A stretch of 63,322 bases of DNA from Selaginella moellendorffii (Eukaryota > Plantae > Lycopodiophyta). A program made the translations under genes and the position numbers. Shown here piece after piece: positions 8,401-16,813 of the stretch; position 1 is the stretch's first letter, and each line of letters opens with the position of its first letter. The notes beneath the pieces were generated by a model. That model ran no database searches and had not been told where the DNA came from. It saw only the letters and a program-made list of their open reading frames with translations. The DNA lies in the NCBI RefSeq assembly GCF_000143415.4, contig NW_003314462.1:1-63322 (forward strand), given 5' to 3'.

Positions 8401-9934
8401 TCTTGTCTTCTCCCTCGCTCGCGAATGAATGAAAATTCATTCTCTTGCCTCCTCTACTTGCTCTCGATCACGCCGTCTCGACAACGGCACACGGAGAATG
8501 TGGATTGCACAAAGTGGCGCCGCGATCTCGCCGGATTGCAGCACCACGGGGTGCCTTTGACCCTAAACGCCTAAACGCGCCTAAATCCTAAACTCTCTGC
8601 GGTTCAAAAGCATCCAAGCGGGCCTCACCAGCTTTGCTTGGTTGCAAAAGTACATCCCACGCACCAAGTAAGCTTAAGTTCTCACATTGTTTCTCTTGTC
8701 TCCAACAGAATCCAGTAAATTCGAACAAGAATTCCTAGAATCGGACCTCTCTGCCAATGGAAGGCCAACACAACTCCATGCATTGGCTCTGGAACAGGAG
8801 AAACGAGCCACAATGCCCCTCACTCCCCTCGCATGGGTCTGGCACAGCAAATCTCCAGGCCGGGCATTTGTACTGGCCTCTGCGCGCTGCATCCCACCGC
8901 CAGAGTGCCACAAGAATCCCCACCCGGAGCTGCTCACTGCCACTAAGAGTCTGGGAGCTAGCTTGAAATCTCCACTTAGCAGTTCTCCTGGCGTCTAGCG
9001 CAGCCCAGCTCCCCTGTTTTGGGTCCGGCACAGCAAATCCCTCACAAGGGCTTTTTACCTCCTTTGGCTTGCTGCTTCGGCACCACCAAAGGACCACTAA
9101 AAACGCCATGGGAATGCTGCCTGCCACTCAGAGCACCCAAGCTGCCTAGACATTTGCCACAGAACTGCGAAGAATCCACCCAATCTGAGAGCAAACACAC
9201 TGCCCGCTCACGTTGCTGCTCTCTCTCCCTTCTCGCCCATCCTCCACCGTCAGATCCCCTTGATCCAACGGCCCACAACGGTCAAGCACTGAGCGCAAAA
9301 AATTCTAAGTCCCCGCACTTAGTTTTTGTCTCTTGCTTTTTGTCTCTTGTGGCTACGGAGTGGGGAGCAACGGGAGAAAGCACGTGAGCGCAGCAGCTGT
9401 GTTTTTGAGCCTGCCAGACTACGGCTTAAGGTCTGCCCTGCCCTCCCCTCCTCTCTGGAGGAAGGGCTCCTTCGTTCTGTTCCTCCTCGCCTGGGGCTAA
9501 CCCAAAATCGCCACAGCAGCCGCCACAGCAGCTCGGCCCTGCCAGCAGCAGCAGCCGCCGACCCAGCCAACGCCAGCAGCTGCCGCGGCCGCCACAGCAC
9601 GACCAGCTGCCCGCGGCTGCCACACCCAGCGCTCGGGCGAGCACCCGCCGCCCAACGCGCCGCGGCTTGGCCGGCCCAGCAGCGCCAAGCAGCACCACGG
9701 GCTGCTACGCACTGCTGCACGCCGCCAATCGCCGCCCAGGGCCGCCCCACGCGCCCCCACGCGCGCTGGACAAGCACTCGCCGCCACAACCACCGCCTGG
9801 GCAAGCATTCGCTGCCCAACGAGTGGCTGCTCGGCTCGGCCTAGCAGCGCCAAGCAACATCACAGGCTGCTGTGCGCTGCTGCACGCCGCCCAGGGCCGC
9901 CCCACGCGCGCTGGGCACCATCCCGCGCCGCCCA

Positions 9935-10140
9935 GTACCGCCTGGTACCGCCCGGCATCGCCCTGCGACGCGCGACGCCGCCCATACCACGCAGTACCGC
10001 CCGTACCGCCCGGCATCACCCAGCGACGCGCGGTACCGCCCAGCGACGTGCGGTACTGCCCGTACCGCCCGGTACCGCCCAACGACGCGCGGTACCACCC
10101 GTACCGCCCGGTACCGCCCCGCGCCGCCCAGCGCCGCGCA
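9935..10140 (+). repeat. GC-rich GTACCGCCC/CAGCGACGCGCG minisatellite in the PLE 5' UTR
   Basis: Repeated units whose arrangement differs among the four copies that carry it. Confidence 0.8.
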
Positions 10141-10198
10141 GCGTCTCTAGCACCGCGGCTGCCCCCAGCACTACGGCTGCCACCAGTGACGCCCAGTG

Positions 10199-13018
10199 AT
10201 GCCAGCGACGCCGCCGCCACCTTTACCATCTGCTGCTCTAGTGCCTATTCCAGACAGTCACGACGTCATGGACCCCTCACTGCTCATGCCACCAGGGCCA
10301 GCAGCACCAGGGAGCTCCAACCACGCCATGGCTACTGCAGAGACAGGTTACGCTCCAGTTCCTCCAGCTCCAGTGCTCCAATTTGAGCTGGGAACCACGT
10401 CACGAGCTACCTCGTCGCGTGAACACTCCCAGCTCCTCGCTGAGGCCATCTACGACGAACGTGCGTCGCACCGACCACTCTCGCCGTACCTCAAGCGAGT
10501 TCTGGACACTAGACGTGCGCTGCGGCTCCGCACCACGCATGTCATCACGGCTCACATTGAGACGCGTCTGGAGAACCTAGAGCAAGACGACACTCTTTCG
10601 AGTGTTGCCAACTTTTTCTGCAATGAGGCACTACGTTCGGCATTGCAGCGACCTCCCACCTCCTCTGACACGGCCACACCACAGAACTCCTCGGACTCTG
10701 TGGCGCGCAGCCCTGACATGAGCAGGCTGCAGCAGAGTATGAGACACGGTCCACACTCTGCTGCACAGGAGCGCTGCATGGCAAACACGGCAGCGTCGCC
10801 CGCGGTAAATTGCGACAGCCCGACATCGGAGCAGGAGGTTTCCCAGGCTGAGGGCACTGAGCACGTGGCGCATGTGGAACACGCTACTGAGCACGTGGCG
10901 CATGTGGAACACGCTGCTGTCCAGCCAATGCGCCGGTTCCCCATGCCGGATCTGCCACGTGCACTTCGAGCCCCACGCCATCAGAGAGACCTCCGCTCTT
11001 TTTACGTGGAAAACTTTCCACATCGCTACGTCAGGTCTCAATTCCAGGATGCGTTTGAGTCCCTCCTACGGGACCGTGGAGCCTACCCGCATGGGGTCCT
11101 CCCTGCCAACCCTGGCCCCTTGACTGCAGAGCCGAGTGCTACAGCGATGCGACGGATCTTCCCACCACCCGTGGTGCCGAATCCCGTTTCATCACCGCCC
11201 AGGCCTGCCCCTGCCATGGCAGCAGAGCAGCGACCCCCATCGGAGAGAGGCCTTCCAGGACCTGGCCAACTGCGACAGCCCTTGCGACAGCCTCCGTCAC
11301 CCGCGACGCATGGCTCTGTCTCACGACCTGTCCAGCCCAGGCCCACCACGTCCCACCGACAGGAGCAGCCAGTGTCTACGCCTCCGCGCCCGACACCTTC
11401 GCCGCGGACTCGACGAACGCCTCCTCACACCTCGATGCCAGAACGGCCGTCCACACCTCGCTCTCCGGAGGCTGGACCGCCGCCCCTGACACCACGGGCC
11501 TCACCAGCACAGCGGGCACCCTCGACACGCACGACACGAACGCAGGCATCTCCGCGTGCAGCGTCGCAGGAGCTGCGACGTCCTCCCCCTGCTCCAGTGG
11601 ACCCTCCGGTTGCTCCGCCACCGCGAGACCACCCAGCAGCACAGGGGACACGCACAGATGCTGAGGCCATCCCTCCCCAGCCAGAGCGATGCTCAGGCCA
11701 GCCAGCTCCGGGACGAACGCCCGAGCCACCGGCTGCGCCACCTCCGCCACTGGCCACTGGAGCAGAAGATGGCTACACACTTGGAGGCTTCAAGAACATC
11801 GATGGAGCCTTCAACAGCATCCTTGCGAGCTCCCTGCGAGAATTTCTGCAGGAGTACAACACTCTGGTGTCGTCGAGATCAGCTCTCCAGGGCCTCAAGG
11901 ACCTGAAAGAGCAGAAGAAACGCCCGCAGTCGCTCCGCACACGCCCACCGAAGCTCAAGGTGTCTCGACATGCCCAGGACGGCCTCACGAGCAGAATTGC
12001 TGAGGCGCACGAGCGCTACCTCACGGAGCTGCACGACATTCTCATTAAGGCTCGCGAGGACGAGATCGAGACACTCCAGAGGCTCGTCTCCTCGGGTCTC
12101 AGGGATCTCTTTCGCAGCCGACTCGAGGATCTTGTCACCTCCACACTCAGCTACTGCAGCGCCACGGAGCATGATGCCGTCTACCACCACCTGCTCGCCC
12201 TCAAACAACGGTGTACCCTCAAGTTCCACACTGAGACATCGTTCTTTATGGCCGGCAAGGGAATCGAGCACCGAGCGCAGACGACAGCGACGCGGCGACT
12301 GGAGGAAGCCATCGATGCGGCGAACGCCTCTGCGGATGCCCTCCCCAAAGAGCAGACCATGGCAGAGCTTGTGAACGCCGCTGTTACGAAGGCCCTCCAA
12401 AGCCAGCGACATGCCACGCCGTCGAATGCAGGAAAAAAGAAGAGAAAGCGAGAAAAGAAGAACAAAGCGCGAGAGCAACGTGACAGCACACCGGGTAAGC
12501 ATGCGCAGGAATCGAGCAAGAGGCACCGCGTCTCCTTCGCCGCCAACGCCGACGAAGCTGGATCCCGGTCGGCAACACCCGCCCGCAATGACCAGGGAAA
12601 CGGACAGCGGCGGAACGGGGCTACTGGGACTCCTCCCACCCGTTCCGCTGCATCGGCTTCTTCTTCGAGGGGGACTCCGCGCCGGACATCTCCAGCCCGG
12701 CCTGGTTCCCGCGAAAAGAATGCTGGACGCGATGGCCCTCACCGTTCTGGCCGCAGCAGCTCCCCACAGCGGCGCCCACGCTCCACGACACCGGCACCGG
12801 TCACCTCAGGTCCCCAGCGACCTCGAGGACGTTCACCGACCAGAGGCAGCAAGGGAGCTCGCACACGCAGCCCTCGACCTCGCCCTGGACGGAGCCAGAC
12901 CCCTGCCAGCCGCAGGAGCAGGACCCCAGCACCACGACGCCGCTCTCGCTCGCGCTCACGTTCGCCAACCGCCAAAGTCCCCGTGAAGGGAATCCTCAAG
13001 ACTACTGGTCACCACTGA
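10199..13018 (+). CDS. PLE ORF1 (939 aa): Pro-rich, predicted coiled-coil, basic NLS-like patch, RS-rich tail
   Basis: Long ORF intact in four copies. Contains KKKRKREKKNK and [14 protein letters not shown] at 10199. Confidence 0.88.
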   Translation: MPATPPPPLPSAALVPIPDSHDVMDPSLLMPPGPAAPGSSNHAMATAETGYAPVPPAPVLQFELGTTSRATSSREHSQLLAEAIYDERASHRPLSPYLKRVLDTRRALRLRTTHVITAHIETRLENLEQDDTLSSVANFFCNEALRSALQRPPTSSDTATPQNSSDSVARSPDMSRLQQSMRHGPHSAAQERCMANTAASPAVNCDSPTSEQEVSQAEGTEHVAHVEHATEHVAHVEHAAVQPMRRFPMPDLPRALRAPRHQRDLRSFYVENFPHRYVRSQFQDAFESLLRDRGAYPHGVLPANPGPLTAEPSATAMRRIFPPPVVPNPVSSPPRPAPAMAAEQRPPSERGLPGPGQLRQPLRQPPSPATHGSVSRPVQPRPTTSHRQEQPVSTPPRPTPSPRTRRTPPHTSMPERPSTPRSPEAGPPPLTPRASPAQRAPSTRTTRTQASPRAASQELRRPPPAPVDPPVAPPPRDHPAAQGTRTDAEAIPPQPERCSGQPAPGRTPEPPAAPPPPLATGAEDGYTLGGFKNIDGAFNSILASSLREFLQEYNTLVSSRSALQGLKDLKEQKKRPQSLRTRPPKLKVSRHAQDGLTSRIAEAHERYLTELHDILIKAREDEIETLQRLVSSGLRDLFRSRLEDLVTSTLSYCSATEHDAVYHHLLALKQRCTLKFHTETSFFMAGKGIEHRAQTTATRRLEEAIDAANASADALPKEQTMAELVNAAVTKALQSQRHATPSNAGKKKRKREKKNKAREQRDSTPGKHAQESSKRHRVSFAANADEAGSRSATPARNDQGNGQRRNGATGTPPTRSAASASSSRGTPRRTSPARPGSREKNAGRDGPHRSGRSSSPQRRPRSTTPAPVTSGPQRPRGRSPTRGSKGARTRSPRPRPGRSQTPASRRSRTPAPRRRSRSRSRSPTAKVPVKGILKTTGHH

Positions 13019-14862
13019 CCAGTCCGTCTAAGGCCACCCTCGACATCGCAGGACAACGGCCAGTCTCGAAGTTCGAGAACCGAGTGGAGACTGGAGCCGT
13101 ACACAACCTCTCGAGCAGGACTCTCTCAGCTGCCGAGATCCGTCTCCTCTCCCTCGGCCTGCGGTACATCCCGAACCCGGCACCGCTCAGAGCCCCACAG
13201 ATCGTGGAAAGCTCTGATGCTCTCTGCCGAGCCGTCCGACTCCGTCACCTCTTCAAGGACGACGACTCAGCCCTGCCGGAGTTCCGAGTACCGAACCCGA
13301 GCTTCGAGCCGCCTCCAGCACCAGCGTATGTGGAACGACGCCTTGCACACGTGCGAGGCAGCCTGCTCCACAGGCTGGAAGGAGCACACAAGCCTCGCTC
13401 CTTCGCTCACGGTTGGAAAAAGCGTGCTCTCCACTCTCTCGCAACGGACACATCCATCGTCATCAAGCCTGCGGACAAAAATCTTGGAGCGGTGGTGCTG
13501 GATCGTGATTGGTACACGAAGGAGGCTCTCCGCCAACTGAACGACCCACTCGTTTATGTGAAGGTCCCCTCCGTGCCATCCAAATCCCTCCAGGAACGCC
13601 TCGCCGAGCTCATCACAAAGTACCGCAGCTGCTCGTGGCTCGACAACTCCACGCAGCAGTTCCTGCTGCACCAGCCCGCCGTACCCCGGCAGGCTTGCAT
13701 GATGTATTTTCTTCCGAAAATACACAAGCAGCCAATAAAGGGCCGACCCATCGCAAGCTATATCGGTACGTTGTGGGAGCCCCTCGCGCGTTGGCTTCAC
13801 CGCCAGCTCTACGATATCCTGCTGAAGCAGCCAACGTTTCTTTCCGACTCGCGCACGCTGCTACAGGACCTCCTCCACCTACAGCTCCCGCGGGACTGCT
13901 GGCTCTTCACGTTCGACGTAGAGAGCCTCTACCCAAGCATCCCCACACGAGAAGGTCTCCAACGCCTCCGCGACTTTGTGTTTGCCGAGTACGGCAACAC
14001 CACACGCTCGCGGTTCCTCATGGCTGCGGCTGCCCTCGTTCTGGAGCACAACTACGTGGAGTTTGACGGTAACATCTACCAGCAGATCCGCGGCACAGCA
14101 ATGGGCTCCAACTTCGCGGTGGTCTACGCTTGCCTCTTCCTCTGCTCTCTCGAAGCCGAGTACAAGCATGCCACCAACGACTGGCCCTTCTATCTACGAA
14201 GGTACATAGATGACGGAGTGGGCATTTGGACAGGTACACGAGCAGGCCTCGAACGATGGCTCCGAGGATACGGCACGCTGTGTCCTTCGATCAAGATCAC
14301 CTCGGTGATCTCGCTCGAAGAGTTGGATATCCTCGATATCCACTTCTTCAAAGGCCCTCGCTTTGAAGAGACAGGCTGCCTCGACTCGTCCACGTTCCAG
14401 AAGCCGCTCAACGCCTACCAGTACCTCCCCTGGACGTCGGTTCACCCACGGCACCAAAAAGTGGCATTCATCCGCAGCGAGCTCCGGAGATACCTCCTCC
14501 GCGAGAGCACGGCCGATGGATTCCACGCCATGCGCACGCGGTTCTACCACCGCCTCCGTGCCCGAGGATACCCGACCTCCTTCCTCCACCACTGCTTCTC
14601 CGGCATCTCCTACGACCAGCGACATCAAGCTCTCCTTGCACGTTCGCGCCGCTCTAGCGACGCCTGTCGACGGGCCCCCCTCGCCTTCAAGCTGCCCTAC
14701 ACACTCCACAGTGCGCAGCTAGGCTTGGGGGACATCCTAAACCCTAAACAGGTGATGGATGAAGCTCCCGCAGACACACTCCCCCGAGTGATCACGTGCT
14801 GGAGACGCTCCCCGAACCTCGGTTCATTTCTGGTCAGGGCTAAGCTCCCTCTGCGAGCTTAG
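12592..14862 (+). CDS. PLE reverse transcriptase ORF2 (-1 frame, overlaps ORF1 by 427 nt; ORF track starts it at GTG 13084)
   Basis: Frame read codon by codon with no stop from 12592. PLE N-terminal motif VHNLSSRTLS..E..LLSLGL plus all RT motifs. No GIY-YIG. Confidence 0.93.
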   Translation, partial: PGKRTAAERGYWDSSHPFRCIGFFFEGDSAPDISSPAWFPRKECWTRWPSPFWPQQLPTAAPTLHDTGTGHLRSPATSRTFTDQRQQGSSHTQPSTSPWTEPDPCQPQEQDPSTTTPLSLALTFANRQSPREGNPQDYWSPLTSPSKATLDIAGQRPVSKFENRVETGAVHNLSSRTLSAAEIRLLSLGLRYIPNPAPLRAPQIVESSDALCRAVRLRHLFKDDDSALPEFRVPNPSFEPPPAPAYVERRLAHVRGSLLHRLEGAHKPRSFAHGWKKRALHSLATDTSIVIKPADKNLGAVVLDRDWYTKEALRQLNDPLVYVKVPSVPSKSLQERLAELITKYRSCSWLDNSTQQFLLHQPAVPRQACMMYFLPKIHKQPIKGRPIASYIGTLWEPLARWLHRQLYDILLKQPTFLSDSRTLLQDLLHLQLPRDCWLFTFDVESLYPSIPTREGLQRLRDFVFAEYGNTTRSRFLMAAAALVLEHNYVEFDGNIYQQIRGTAMGSNFAVVYACLFLCSLEAEYKHATNDWPFYLRRYIDDGVGIWTGTRAGLERWLRGYGTLCPSIKITSVISLEELDILDIHFFKGPRFEETGCLDSSTFQKPLNAYQYLPWTSVHPRHQKVAFIRSELRRYLLRESTADGFHAMRTRFYHRLRARGYPTSFLHHCFSGISYDQRHQALLARSRRSSDACRRAPLAFKLPYTLHSAQLGLGDILNPKQVMDEAPADTLPRVITCWRRSPNLGSFLVRAKLPLRA
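12595..12651 (+). promoter_or_regulatory. Predicted -1 ribosomal frameshift signal (G_GGA_AAC, 5-nt spacer, 13-bp hairpin)
   Basis: The heptamer is in ORF1 phase, stem 12607-12619 pairs with 12639-12651, and the RT frame opens at 12592. Confidence 0.82.
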
Positions 14863-15700
14863 CCACGTCTTGTACCGCACTTTGCAAGACACGGACACTT
14901 ATGTTTGCATCTTTCTCCGCGTACCCGATGACTCCCAGGGTCTCGCCGATGGACTTCAGGTATGTCCCAAGTCACTCCAGGCCACCCCCCTTTCGAGTCA
15001 ACGCCCGGTCAACGCGGAGTCAACGGTCAGAACGGAATATTCCCCAATATTCCGACTGTATCCCTGTTGACCGAGTCAAAACGGCATATACCGTTGGATT
15101 CTGCTCTTCCTTCCGATCGTGAATATGTGAGTTTCAACTCTGAACTCCACACACGACTCGTGGAAAAGCATGTTTTCCATTAAAACGGCGCCGCTCCCTC
15201 GACATCGGCGACACATGCCGACAGCTCGCAGGATGGCTCTCCCCCATGTAACCGCTGGACTCCGGGTATGTATGAGTGACCTCAGGCCCTCCACCATCCC
15301 AGTCCACACACGGTCAACGCGGGGTCAACGGTCAACGACCGAATATTCCGAGAATATTCCCTGCAAAGTGAACCACGTTTTTCGCCCCCGGGTACGTACA
15401 AGTGACACAAGCATTGTGGACGTAACGCATGCATCATATCATGCCGCGTTTACAAGTTATCTTGCGTCGAAGGTACGTCACCCGCCGGACGAACGCTTAC
15501 TGTCTTCGGCGATTCGCCGAAGTCATTCTCCGCGACTACCACTGCTGTGGAGTAACCAACACCAGCTGTGCTACGTTCGCATCCTCGCGAGCCAACGCCG
15601 CCATGCACCTCGCATGGCTGCCACTCGGACTCGCGCCACGTGACAGAGCCAGAATATAAGTAGAGTCGGCGCCGAGCTAGGGTTAGGGTAGACGTTAGAC

Positions 15701-15753
15701 GACTACACCCGGCTGATGAGTCCCAAAAAGGACGAAACCGGTCTCGGGTTGTC
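15701..15753 (+). ncRNA. Hammerhead ribozyme copy
   Basis: Identical motif. Confidence 0.92.
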
Positions 15754-15938
15754 TCTTGTCTTCTCCCTCGCTCGCGAATGAATGAAAATTCATTCTCTTG
15801 CCTCCTCTACTTGCTCTCGATCACGCCGTCTCGACAACGGCACACGGAGAATGTGGATTGCACAAAGTGGCGCCGCGATCTCGCCGGATTGCAGCACCAC
15901 GGGGTGCCTTTGACCCTAAACGCCTAAACGCGCCTAAA

Positions 15939-16017
15939 CCCTAAACCCTAAACCCTAAACCCTAAACCCTAAACCCTAAACCCTAAACCCTAAACCCTAA
16001 ACCCTAAACCCTAAACC
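15939..16017 (+). repeat. Interstitial (CCCTAAA)n spacer
   Basis: Directly visible repeats. Confidence 0.97.
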
Positions 16018-16813
16018 TTTTGAGCCTGCCAGACTATGGCTTAAGGTCTGCCCTGCCCTCCCCTCCTCTCTGGAGGAAGGGCTCCTTCGTTCTGTTCCTC
16101 CTCGCCTGGGGCTAACCCCAAATCGCCACAGCAGCCGCCACAGCAGCTCGGCCCTGCCAGCAGCAGCAGCCGCCGACCCAGCCAACGCCAGCAGCTGCCG
16201 CGGCCGCCACAGCACGACCAGCTGCCCGCGGCTGCCACACCCAGCGCTCGGGCGAGCACCCGCCGCCCAACGCGCCGCGGCTTGGCCGGCCCAGCAGCGC
16301 CAAGCAGCACCACGGGCTGCTACGCACTGCTGCACGCCGCCAATCGCCGCCCAGGGCCGCCCCACGCGCCCCCACGCGCGCTGGATAAGCACTCGCCGCC
16401 ACAACCACCGCCTGGGCAAGCATTCGCTGCCCAACGAGTGGCTGCTCGGCTCGGCCTAGCAGCGCCAAGCAGCATCACAGGCTGCTGTGCGCTGCTGCAC
16501 GCCGCCCAGGGCCGCCCCACGCGCGCTGGGCACCATCCCGCGCCGCCCAGTACCGCCTGGTACCGCCCGGCATCGCCCTGCGACGCGCGACGCCGCCCAT
16601 ACCACGCAGTACCGCCCGTACCGCCCGGCACCGCCCAGCGACGCGCGGTACCGCCCAGCGACGTGCGGTACTGCCCGTACCGCCCGGTACCGCCCAACGA
16701 CGCGCGGTACCACCCGTACCGCCCGGTACCGCCCCGCGCCGCCCAGCGCCGCGCAGCGTCTCTAGCACCGCGGCTGCCCCCAGCACTACGGCTGCCACCA
16801 GTGACGCCCAGTG

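Larger units (their letters stand above)
5908..8585 (+). mobile_element. PLE copy 2, 5'-truncated in the RT N-terminus
   Basis: Near-identical to copy 1, joined seamlessly to full copy 3. Confidence 0.95.
8586..15938 (+). mobile_element. PLE copy 3, full length (7353 bp)
   Basis: 5' UTR, ORF1, RT, 3' UTR and hammerhead present, with both ORFs intact. Confidence 0.95.

Noticed and set aside
9319-10386. Overlapping ORFs in the GC-rich 5' UTR
   Set aside because: Low-complexity products, and the frame is changed by minisatellite indels in copy 8.
11879-12742. 287-aa antisense ORF and similar shadow ORFs
   Set aside because: Expected on the opposite strand of GC-rich coding DNA, with no recognisable domain.
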